This document shows, in pieces, positions 1 to 8,424 of a stretch of DNA of 64,000 bases. Location of the stretch: IMG/VR virus record IMGVR_UViG_3300037483_000643; one strand, given 5' to 3'. The position numbers and the translations under genes are program-made. The stretch's first letter is position 1. Each line of letters opens with the position of its first letter. Below the pieces are notes generated by a model that made no database searches, had not been told where the DNA came from, and worked only from the letters and a program-made list of their open reading frames with translations. The stretch comes from an uncultured virus (IMG/VR IMGVR_UViG_3300037483_000643). Its lineage: Duplodnaviria; Heunggongvirae; Uroviricota; Caudoviricetes.

Positions 1-71
1 CACGCCTAGAGATGACGATTCCGATGTCTCTACCGTCCCGTTCTAGCGGTGCCGTTGTGGTGTCCTGGTAG

Positions 72-100
72 TTGACGATCTACATCCAGTCGAGTACAAC
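72..100 (+). promoter_or_regulatory. sigma70-like promoter TTGACG-N17-TACAAC
   Basis: Consensus-like -35/-10 with 17-nt spacer upstream of the ORF at 149. Confidence 0.45.
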
Positions 101-148
101 ATTCACAGCGGCTTCGCACACCGCTTCCGTCCCGAGGGAAGACATCCA

Positions 149-1129
149 GTGACGTCACCAACTTACGATGAGCCCGCGTTCGTCTGTGTCTATGGCCCCT
201 CGGGCTGGGGCAAGACTTCGGAGGTGATCTACACCTTCCCTGACGCGCTGTTCATTGCCGCCTCCGGTGCGCTCGCCCCGTGGACCTGGATCGGAGTTCC
301 GTACAAGCCGTACGCGGTACGTACCAGTACGATCATGGATGTGACAGAGCTTCTCAAGAAGTACAAAGAGGGCAAGTACGTTGTACGATCGAAGACACGC
401 GGCACTCTACAATTCTCTGCGATCGTCTGTGACGACTTCAGTTTGGTGTCAGACACGACGTTTGCGGTGATCGACAAGAAATACACCGCTTCGCAGGCAC
501 GCCCGATGTGGGGCGAAGTTCGTGAAGTGTTGATCGAGTTTCGCGCCATCGCACGTGAAGTCGGCGTGCACGTCGTGTTGACGTGCCATGAACGGGGCCC
601 ACACACACACGAAAAAAAGGGTTATGTTCGTGGTGGGCCATCACTGCCAGGCACGATGCCCGAGGATCTTCCGAAAAGTTGTGACATGGTGTTGCGTGTG
701 CAGCCTGAACCATCGTGGCCGGTTTGGGGAATGGCGTACAGCGCCAACGAGCAGACGGAAGATTACGTCGAGAAGGATCGATACCGTTTCGTCCCGTCTA
801 CGTTGAAGCGTGCGCCGATGAATCTCGGTGAGCTACTTCGGCGCGGCTTCGGTGATGGCAGCGGCGTCTGTGGCACCTCCAAGTTTCCGATCCGGCGCGC
901 TACTGGTCTGGAATGGATGGATCAGGTCGTGGAGAAGATCGCGACGCGTCTTGGTACGCTGCCGCCAGGCTCCGACGAGTCGAAAGCCGTGCTAGCGGCG
1001 TTCGCGCCTCTTGTGCAGAAGAAGTACAACGCTGATCCCAAGCTGATCAACTGGTGTTTCCGCGATGCGCTAGCGCGTGCATGGCTACGCACCGCACATG
1101 CTGCAGAGTCGTCGCCGTACACTCGTTGA
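149..1129 (+). CDS. AAA_24/Sak4-like P-loop ATPase (single-strand annealing protein)
   Basis: Walker A YGPSGWGKTS, Walker B IVCDD, 'HVVLTCHE' motif; DUF669-like SSB gene close downstream, as in Sak4 modules. Confidence 0.7.
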   Translation: MTSPTYDEPAFVCVYGPSGWGKTSEVIYTFPDALFIAASGALAPWTWIGVPYKPYAVRTSTIMDVTELLKKYKEGKYVVRSKTRGTLQFSAIVCDDFSLVSDTTFAVIDKKYTASQARPMWGEVREVLIEFRAIAREVGVHVVLTCHERGPHTHEKKGYVRGGPSLPGTMPEDLPKSCDMVLRVQPEPSWPVWGMAYSANEQTEDYVEKDRYRFVPSTLKRAPMNLGELLRRGFGDGSGVCGTSKFPIRRATGLEWMDQVVEKIATRLGTLPPGSDESKAVLAAFAPLVQKKYNADPKLINWCFRDALARAWLRTAHAAESSPYTR

Positions 1130-1141
1130 GGGAGGAACACA

Positions 1142-1414
1142 ATGTCTGAGACTGGCGATCATGTTGGTGAAGACTTCGTTGGCGCCGCTCTTGACGCAGA
1201 TCTGAAGGAGGTGAGGGAGGAGAAGGAGAAGGAGAAGACATACGAGATTAAGTTCTTGGATAGGGACATCCGCGTGTTTCTGCAGGCACGTGGAATGAAG
1301 GTCACGCGTGCGGTGATCGACCTGATCAACCAGGAATGCTACGACACCATCATGCTTGCGATCGGGCGCTGCAGGGACAACAAGCGCGTTACGCTGATGC
1401 CGCACGACTTCTAG
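1142..1414 (+). CDS. histone-fold protein (bacterial-type, short alpha3) with acidic N-terminal extension
   Basis: helix1 DRDIRVFLQARG, loop MKVT, long helix2, C-terminal KRVTLMPHDF matching the histone RxTxxxxD signature; strong RBS GGAGG. Confidence 0.75.
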   Translation: MSETGDHVGEDFVGAALDADLKEVREEKEKEKTYEIKFLDRDIRVFLQARGMKVTRAVIDLINQECYDTIMLAIGRCRDNKRVTLMPHDF

Positions 1415-1492
1415 TAGTGAAGTAACGTCCTGACGTACTGCAACACGACAGCAGTAAACTGTAGTAACACCAGTAACGGAGATCCACCGAAC

Positions 1493-2083
1493 ATGGCCGA
1501 AAACGATAGTTGGAGCATCGAGCTGAATCTGTCGGGGCGTAAGGAGTTCGTTCCTAGCGAGGGCATCGATCGCGTGCCGAGTGGCCCCTACTCCGTGCTC
1601 ATCGAGAAGACTGCTCAGGTGCCGAAGAAGGATGGCGACGGCCCCGACAACATCCTGTTCTATCTGAAGGTCACGGAGCCTGGCGCCGGTCTTGGCAAGA
1701 AGCTGCGCGTCTACCTGCCGATCGATCCTACCGCCAACGAACTGATCGCCGACAAGTGGTTTACGGTGGCGTGCGCCGTCGCCAGGGATCCGGCGGCCCT
1801 GCAGAAGGGCAAGCTCAAGCACTCGCCATCGCTGTACAACGGCAAGTCGTGCTGGGTGTACGTTCAGGACAACCCTGGCGTGTCCAAGGATCCCAAGACC
1901 GGGAAGGATCGCCAGAACTTGCAAAACGTTTCGTTCACGTCGAAGGTGCAGTACGACAAGTTCAAGGCCGAGCAGGGCGCGTCGGGCGCCGGCACCTCGG
2001 GTGGCGCCGCTTCCGGCGGTTCGATGACGGTGACGAACGGCAACGCAACGCCGCATGCCGCAGAGTCGGTCGAGCTGGACTAA
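1493..2083 (+). CDS. DUF669-like single-stranded DNA-binding protein
   Basis: VPSGPYSVLI motif, Gly-rich flexible tail with acidic end, Sak4-like neighbour. Confidence 0.6.
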   Translation: MAENDSWSIELNLSGRKEFVPSEGIDRVPSGPYSVLIEKTAQVPKKDGDGPDNILFYLKVTEPGAGLGKKLRVYLPIDPTANELIADKWFTVACAVARDPAALQKGKLKHSPSLYNGKSCWVYVQDNPGVSKDPKTGKDRQNLQNVSFTSKVQYDKFKAEQGASGAGTSGGAASGGSMTVTNGNATPHAAESVELD

Positions 2084-2111
2084 CAGGGTCGAAGTCGGGA
2101 GATCGCGGCAG

Positions 2112-2154
2112 TTGACACAAACCGGCGATGCGCTATAACAGGTGTCGCCGGTTT
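2112..2154 (+). promoter_or_regulatory. promoter TTGACA-N16-TATAAC overlapped by a 10-bp inverted repeat (candidate operator)
   Basis: TTGACA 2112-2117, TATAAC 2134-2139; AAACCGGCGA 2119-2128 and TCGCCGGTTT 2145-2154. Confidence 0.65.
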
Positions 2155-2273
2155 ACTTTCCGAGAGCAGTTCACGAGATGCCGACAGCCAAACGGGGCAA
2201 GTCGAGCAAGACCGCAGCACAGCCAACCAAGAAACGGCGGGCAATCCCGCCACAGAAGAAAGAGGAGATCAAG

Positions 2274-2507
2274 ATGAGCCAGCCCGCCACCGCCGCTGCG
2301 CCTGCCACCGCCGCTGCCGCCGAGAAGCCCGCCCGCAAGCCTGTCGAGGGCAAGGGTGTCCGCATCTCCGACGCGTGCTCTGCCCGAATCAACAAGCTGC
2401 GCGCCTACGTCATGCTCGAGAAGGGCGAGGAACTGTCGACGTCGGACATCATCGAGGCCGCCGTCGATGCTCACGAGAAGACCGTCAAGGCTGCGCTGAA
2501 GCGGTAA
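2274..2507 (+). CDS. ribbon-helix-helix DNA-binding protein
   Basis: KGVRISD strand followed by two helices (STSDIIEAAV); RBS GAGGAG before ATG 2274. Confidence 0.6.
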   Translation: MSQPATAAAPATAAAAEKPARKPVEGKGVRISDACSARINKLRAYVMLEKGEELSTSDIIEAAVDAHEKTVKAALKR

Positions 2508-2868
2508 CTTCACAGGTGCGTAGTCGGCTGAGTCGGACCCGACTCGGCCCGTCGCTGGCCCCCCGGCGCAAACGGGGGCCCTAGTTGTTGCAGATCACAT
2601 ATCGCGCGCCGTTTGGAGGGAAGCCGGATGCCGCGCCCCCACAAAAAGAAGAAGAGTGCGCAGCCGTTGGTCAAGAACGATCGACTGCAGCTGCACGTAG
2701 AAATTGCTGCGGAGTCACGTCACCTGCTGTTGACGCGTGACGAGGCGGCAGCAGTGTACCATCAGCTCGAAAAGAGCTGGTTCCCCGACAGTGCGTATGA
2801 TACGCTGCACGCGCTGATGTTGCGTCTCCGCAAATTCCTCAACATCACATAAGATCGGAGCAACAGTC

Positions 2869-3768
2869 ATGTCTGACGAGGCGCCGGACGTCGAGTCTGT
2901 CGAATCAGTTGACGTCGAGTCGTCCGGTGTTGACGTCTGCCCAACACCAGTAGAGCTGGCGTTGGCGATCTGTGGGCGCCTCGGTGTGTTGAACAATCTG
3001 TTGCACGCCACACACGGCACGTTCAAGATCCTAGAACCGTCTGCGGGAGATGGCGCCTTCGTGGCCGCCGCTCGGCAGACGTGGCCTGATGCACAGATCG
3101 TAGCAGTAGAACCCCGCCTTGAGTGTCACGATAAGTTGCTTGCTGCAGGCGCCACGCACGCATACACGTTGCCACTTGAAGATCTTACCGTCGATGCCAT
3201 CCATGACGTCGATCTGATCGTGGGAAACCCGCCGTTCAGCCTCGCCGATCAGCACATCCGCCGCCTGCTCGGCAACATGCACGACGGCGCGATCCTAGCT
3301 TTCCTCTTGCGCTTTGGATTCTACGAAGCGCGCAAGAGCACGCGCGGTATGCCACTCGAAGCCCGCCTTGCGCTTTGGTCGAAGTATCCCGAGATTTCGG
3401 TTGCACCGATCTATCCACGTCCAGGCTTCGTGCTGAACAGTCGCGGTAAGCGTGGAACTGATGCGCAGATCTATGGCCTCTTCACGTGGCGCGCTGGCGC
3501 CGATCCTAACGAAGTGGTGTCGATCCGCGACAAGCACATCACGTGGGTTCCACCGCCTCGTGCGGCCCGCGCGAAGCGCGGGCCGCGTCAGAACCCTGCA
3601 ACTGGCGACTGCACTACATGCGAAGCTGTTGACGGTCCCGGCGCGGGCAATCCGTGGCCTTGTTCGATCCACACTACGCCAGCTTCCATGGAATTTGACG
3701 GCTTCCCAGTTGAAGACAGCGAACCGAAAGCGCCGCCTGTCGAAGAAGAAGTCCCCGAGCTGGAGTGA
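2869..3768 (+). CDS. N6-adenine DNA methyltransferase
   Basis: Motif I ILEPSAGDGAF followed by motif IV IVGNPPF. Confidence 0.8.
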   Translation: MSDEAPDVESVESVDVESSGVDVCPTPVELALAICGRLGVLNNLLHATHGTFKILEPSAGDGAFVAAARQTWPDAQIVAVEPRLECHDKLLAAGATHAYTLPLEDLTVDAIHDVDLIVGNPPFSLADQHIRRLLGNMHDGAILAFLLRFGFYEARKSTRGMPLEARLALWSKYPEISVAPIYPRPGFVLNSRGKRGTDAQIYGLFTWRAGADPNEVVSIRDKHITWVPPPRAARAKRGPRQNPATGDCTTCEAVDGPGAGNPWPCSIHTTPASMEFDGFPVEDSEPKAPPVEEEVPELE

Positions 3769-4264
3769 ACCATGCAATTTCTCGTTGGTGATTTCAAGCT
3801 GCCATGTGCATGCAAGATGATTGGATGCAAACTACGTCTTGAGGTAATCAACGGATCGGCCCACCTCGGGTGTGAATGCCCCACGTGCGGCGCGAGAATC
3901 ATGGAACGATTAGATCGACTCGACACCATCTTTGCAGCAGGCGTTGATCTACGAAACGGCCTCAGCGCGTCAGGACTCACTTGGCCGCCGAAAGAGAACT
4001 AAGATGGCAAGAACGACTTTTCGCATTGAGGTGATCATCGACACTGACACTGCCGAGGCCAAGGCTTTGGAGGAAGGTAAAGAGCCAAGAACGATCGCGC
4101 GTGTCAGGCTTCAGAATGACACGTCGTGGATCAACGTCGCTGAGGGGATCGTGTCGGTGCTTGAAGTTGTTGTCGCCAGCTGCAAGCGCGTTGCAGCAAA
4201 TGCGGGACAGAAAGTGCGTCCAGCCATTCCCGGTAAAGTCGCTGACGCTTGATGCGGCCACCTG

Positions 4265-4663
4265 ATGCTAGTCAACGAGACAACACCAACGGTGCGCGCC
4301 CCACATCAAGATCTTTGGGCCTTGACGTATGATCACAGCGCCAGTTGGATGCGCCGAATACTGTTAAATCCAGCAGGTTGGGTAGTGCTAGAGCGCGAAG
4401 ACGAAACGATCGTCGGTTGGGCGTTGGTGGCGCCGATGTCGGGGTACACTCCGCGATCGGCCGTTCTGCCCACCAACTGTTTCGAGTCTGTGGGCCTTAG
4501 CGTGTTTGTACATGAAAGGTACCGCCGGCAGGGGCGTGGATTGCGACTAGTGCAGTTGGCTACATCGTTGGCCAAGAGCGAATTTCCCAACCGGCGCATT
4601 GCTGTTGGTCCTGTAGACGAAGCCGGCGTTAGGCTGTTTCGACGCGTTGGGCTACTTACGTGA
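4265..4663 (+). CDS. GNAT family acetyltransferase
   Basis: Acetyl-CoA binding motif VFVHERYRRQGRG; stop overlaps the PolA start (GTGA). Confidence 0.7.
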   Translation: MLVNETTPTVRAPHQDLWALTYDHSASWMRRILLNPAGWVVLEREDETIVGWALVAPMSGYTPRSAVLPTNCFESVGLSVFVHERYRRQGRGLRLVQLATSLAKSEFPNRRIAVGPVDEAGVRLFRRVGLLT

Positions 4664-7365
4664 GTTACCGTCCCGAAGATCATGGCGCGCGCTGCACAGA
4701 CTGCATTCTCTCGTACCGGAGAGAAGGCGGGCCCGTGCAATCAGAGATGTGCGGCGACGTGTTGATCGTTGGCGAGGCGCCCGATAAAGACTCATGCAGC
4801 GTAAATAGGCCGTTCGTCGGTTTGTCTGGTGAAGAGCTGCAGCGCGGTATTCAGATTCATGGTTACCGCCGCGCCGATTTCTCAATCACGTCAGTTTTGT
4901 TATGCAGACCGCCAGGCAACGAACTTGCCAAACTCACGTATGCATGGCGTGCAGAAAACAATCGGCGCAAGAAGCTAAATCGCGGCCTTGGTGAAGATGA
5001 GGAGAAGTATGTCTTGCTGCCACACCCGATAGAGTGCTGCCGCCCGAGGCTGTTCCGTGAGGTGGCAAAGTTCTCCAAAGTCATCGTACTAGGCGACACC
5101 GCATACAAGACCGTCACGTCTTCTAATGAGAACGTGACGCACATGCGTGGATCACCGCACGAGGGGTGGTTTCACGGTACGGATGGCTTTGTAGAATGTG
5201 ACACGTCGTCGGAGGAGTCAAGGCGCGCATCCGAGCTGATGCGTCCCGAGAGATCGACCTCTATTCGGATCGTGCCTACCTTTCACCCTGCCTACGTCCT
5301 TAGACAGAGGATGTGGACGCACGTGTTTCGCGCCGACCTCGGGCGGGCCATGCGTTGGTTTTCCGGCCGACTCGGCTGGACCGACCCCGAGTACATCACT
5401 CGGCCTTCGCCGGCTGCCCTGCGGCGCTTCCTGGCGCGTCCAGAGCGCTTCTTCGCCTACGACCTGGAGACGGACGCCAAAGAGCCGCTAGTAGCCAAGA
5501 TCCGCCTATTCGGCGTCGGTACTCGTGACAAGGTGATGGTGGTACCGTTCCTGTCGACAGACGGCCACACCCTGTTTTACACAGAAGCCGATCTGAAAGA
5601 AATCAAAGACATCTTCCGTGAGTGGTTAACATCTAGGCGAAGTGCAAAGTTCAGTTGGAATGGCATCACGTATGATGCGCCAGTGATCCTGCAGCAACTA
5701 GGCTGCGGCATTTCGCGGCACATCGACGGTATTTTGATGCATCACGACGTTGAGTCAGAGCTGCCACATAAGCTCGGCTTCGTCGGCACCGAGTTGACAG
5801 ACGTCCCGGCATGGAAGCAAAAGTCTGAAGACCCCTTGAATTGTGATGATCCGACGTTGCAGTACCGTAACTCGCGTGACGTTGCCGTAACTGCTGCACT
5901 GTTGGAACCGCTAGAGCGCGAGCTTGCGCTACGGGACCAAACTGCTGTTTGTAAGAAGGATCACAAGATTCAGCAGATCTGCGCCGGCATGCACCGTGTT
6001 GGCATGCTGATCGATCCGGTTGCACGCAACGAACACGACAAGAGGCTACTTGCGCAGATCGTGAAGTACCGGAAGATCTGCCGCGATGTTGTAGGTGACG
6101 ACAAGTTCAACCCCAACTCGCCGCCGCAGATCGCTGAACTGCTGTTCGGGACCTGGGGCTTGCCACCTGTCGAGCTGTCGGAGAAGACCGGCGCCCCGTC
6201 GACAGGCGACGATGCGTTGAGAACGTATCGTGTCGAATACAACCTTACAGACGATCAACGTCGATTCATCGAGGCGTTGCGTAAGGTCCGCCTAGCTGTC
6301 AAACTTAGAGGCACTAACATCGTCAAGTTTCGGCGCCGCACCGAGAAATTGCCTTACGATCCGTGGGCGGAAGACAGTGAAGAGACAGAAGCGGAACGCA
6401 CGTACCGCAAGAAGAAAGACGTTGAGAAGTATGGAATCTTACTTGACGATGGCCGCGTGCACAGTTCGTTCACGACACACGTCCCAGTTACAGGTCGCCT
6501 AGCATCCAACTCGCCCAACCTGCAGAACGTCAAGATCAACCTGCGCAATATGTTCGTTGCGGCGCCAGGCAACGTGCTAGTTGGCGCTGACGCCGATCAG
6601 CTAGAGTTGCGGTACGCCGCTGGCCGCTGGCGCATGCAGAAGATGTTGGAGATCCTACGGGACGGGCGCGATCCACACCACGAAACGGCGCTCGCATGCT
6701 TCGGGCATGCTGCCGAAGAACAGTATGCGTTGGCGGTGGAGTGGGCCAAAACGGCGAAGAAGCCTGACGGCAAAAAGTGCAAGCCGAAAGAGTTTCCGGC
6801 ATACGGTCGTGTGCGCGACTTCTCGAAGCGGCTGCGCTACGCGGTGCAGTATGGTGCAGAAGACAAGACAGTGCACCGCGTGATCAGTTCGACAGAAGAT
6901 GATCACGGCAACTTGATCTATGCCGACGTCAGTTTGACTGACACGTCGACACGTCGCCGTCGTCTGCTAGATGCCGATCCTGAGTACGAACAGGGCTGGG
7001 CAGAAGAAGTTGCGCTGTGGCGCAAAAACGGTTACTTGCGCGAGCGCATTTGGGGCCGCCGCCGTGACTTCTTGAATGGTGAAGAGTTCAACGAAATTGT
7101 GAACTTCGAGATCCAGTCCGGTTGCGCTGCGCTCATCAATGAAGCGACGTTTGATCTAGTAGACGCGATCCCGTTTGAGAAGTGGGGACCCGGCACTGGT
7201 CTGATCAATCAGTGTCACGACGCACTCTGTATAGAATGTCCCGAGTCTGAGGGGAAACGTGTTGCCCAGATCATGACGGAGTGCATGACGCGCACGTATC
7301 CAGGTCTCGACGTGCAATTTAAAGCAGAAGCGAAAATCGGCAAGACGTGGCTAGACGTCAAGTGA
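4660..7365 (+). CDS. polA: family A DNA polymerase with N-terminal family-4 uracil-DNA-glycosylase-like domain and 3'-5' exonuclease
   Basis: UDG part: CxxC, GEAP, PFVG, CRPP, TFHPAY. Exo: YDLET, WNGITYD. Pol: TGRLAS..PNLQN, motif A DADQLELR, motif B RDFSKRLRYAVQYG, motif C CHDA. Confidence 0.92.
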   Translation: MSYRPEDHGARCTDCILSYRREGGPVQSEMCGDVLIVGEAPDKDSCSVNRPFVGLSGEELQRGIQIHGYRRADFSITSVLLCRPPGNELAKLTYAWRAENNRRKKLNRGLGEDEEKYVLLPHPIECCRPRLFREVAKFSKVIVLGDTAYKTVTSSNENVTHMRGSPHEGWFHGTDGFVECDTSSEESRRASELMRPERSTSIRIVPTFHPAYVLRQRMWTHVFRADLGRAMRWFSGRLGWTDPEYITRPSPAALRRFLARPERFFAYDLETDAKEPLVAKIRLFGVGTRDKVMVVPFLSTDGHTLFYTEADLKEIKDIFREWLTSRRSAKFSWNGITYDAPVILQQLGCGISRHIDGILMHHDVESELPHKLGFVGTELTDVPAWKQKSEDPLNCDDPTLQYRNSRDVAVTAALLEPLERELALRDQTAVCKKDHKIQQICAGMHRVGMLIDPVARNEHDKRLLAQIVKYRKICRDVVGDDKFNPNSPPQIAELLFGTWGLPPVELSEKTGAPSTGDDALRTYRVEYNLTDDQRRFIEALRKVRLAVKLRGTNIVKFRRRTEKLPYDPWAEDSEETEAERTYRKKKDVEKYGILLDDGRVHSSFTTHVPVTGRLASNSPNLQNVKINLRNMFVAAPGNVLVGADADQLELRYAAGRWRMQKMLEILRDGRDPHHETALACFGHAAEEQYALAVEWAKTAKKPDGKKCKPKEFPAYGRVRDFSKRLRYAVQYGAEDKTVHRVISSTEDDHGNLIYADVSLTDTSTRRRRLLDADPEYEQGWAEEVALWRKNGYLRERIWGRRRDFLNGEEFNEIVNFEIQSGCAALINEATFDLVDAIPFEKWGPGTGLINQCHDALCIECPESEGKRVAQIMTECMTRTYPGLDVQFKAEAKIGKTWLDVK

Positions 7366-7374
7366 GGTGATGTC

Positions 7375-7644
7375 GTGGCGGATCTCGATCCATTCGATCT
7401 TGGACTCGAAGACGTGTCGCAGTATCAGACTTGCGCCGCCTGTCGAAAGAAGAGCGACGGCGCGAAGCCTGTTGCAGTGCGCGCTCTTGGTGACGAGGGC
7501 TACCTGTGCGGCACGCACTATGACGAATGGCTGCATTCACCCGAAGCAACTGGATCGCTACCGCCCCGCTCGAATCTCGCACGTTTCGCAGCGTTCGTCA
7601 TGCGACTGCGGACCACACGTTACGCCGCGTGTTGGAAGGAGTAA
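7375..7644 (+). CDS. small Zn-finger-like hypothetical protein
   Basis: CAAC...LCGTH; RBS GAGGTG; operon position. Confidence 0.45.
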   Translation: MADLDPFDLGLEDVSQYQTCAACRKKSDGAKPVAVRALGDEGYLCGTHYDEWLHSPEATGSLPPRSNLARFAAFVMRLRTTRYAACWKE

Positions 7645-7655
7645 GAGGTGACGAC

Positions 7656-8108
7656 ATGAGTTTTAAATCCATCCGCCGTCGCGTGCTGGTCTGTCATCCC
7701 AAGTCGATCGCTGACAACGATCTTGCGGCTTTTGTGTTGGATGTGCAGTCGGCGTTCGACGGCCTGACCTTACGTGGCGGTGTGCATCCACTGATCGAGA
7801 TCTACACAGCTCGCGACGAAGCCACAGCGATGCAGGTTGGACGCGAACGCCTACCGTTCAACTGGACAGCTTACGTAGCGCACGTGACAGGCATCGTCGG
7901 AGATCCGCCCGAGCCACGTTTTCACTACTACGTAGTGGGTCCCGAGCGCACGATCGGCAAGGCGACTGCACAACTGCTGATCAAGGCGAAGAACGCCGGC
8001 CGACAGATCTTCGCGCTTGACGATCACGCAAAACTTGCTACAGTGCGCAACGTGCGTGAAACAGGCGGCGAAGACAACTGGAAGGCGTTTGCGGAGGTGA
8101 TAATATGA
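7656..8108 (+). CDS. hypothetical protein
   Basis: RBS GAGGTG before ATG 7656; tight packing. Confidence 0.5.
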   Translation: MSFKSIRRRVLVCHPKSIADNDLAAFVLDVQSAFDGLTLRGGVHPLIEIYTARDEATAMQVGRERLPFNWTAYVAHVTGIVGDPPEPRFHYYVVGPERTIGKATAQLLIKAKNAGRQIFALDDHAKLATVRNVRETGGEDNWKAFAEVII

Positions 8109-8424
8109 TCAAGTGTCCGCAGTGTACTCGAATCTTCGTTGATCCCGTCGTTCCGGCACACAGCACTATCAAGATGATGGCAGAAGAGCAGTACAACCGG
8201 CACCTCGACATGCACATGCTGTGTGATGCGCTTGCCGGTGTGCGAGAGGCGATCAACGAGGTGACCAAAGCTGTCTACGACGTGAGTCAAGAGATCGTCA
8301 ACAGCAGACGGGAAGAGTCATGACTTGGCAACAGGTGGCAGTAATCGCGATTCTCGGCATTCTTACCGTGTTCGCACTGTCGCGACTGGGCTAGGACTCG
8401 AAGAAGAGAGAGGGAAGACACAAA

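Noticed and set aside
1085..2056. Long antisense ORFs (also 23846-24814, 46111-47043, 8515-9231)
   Set aside because: Shadow frames of GC3-biased real genes; low-information translations without recognisable motifs
2869..3768. Complete restriction-modification system
   Set aside because: No adjacent restriction endonuclease recognised; likely an orphan MTase
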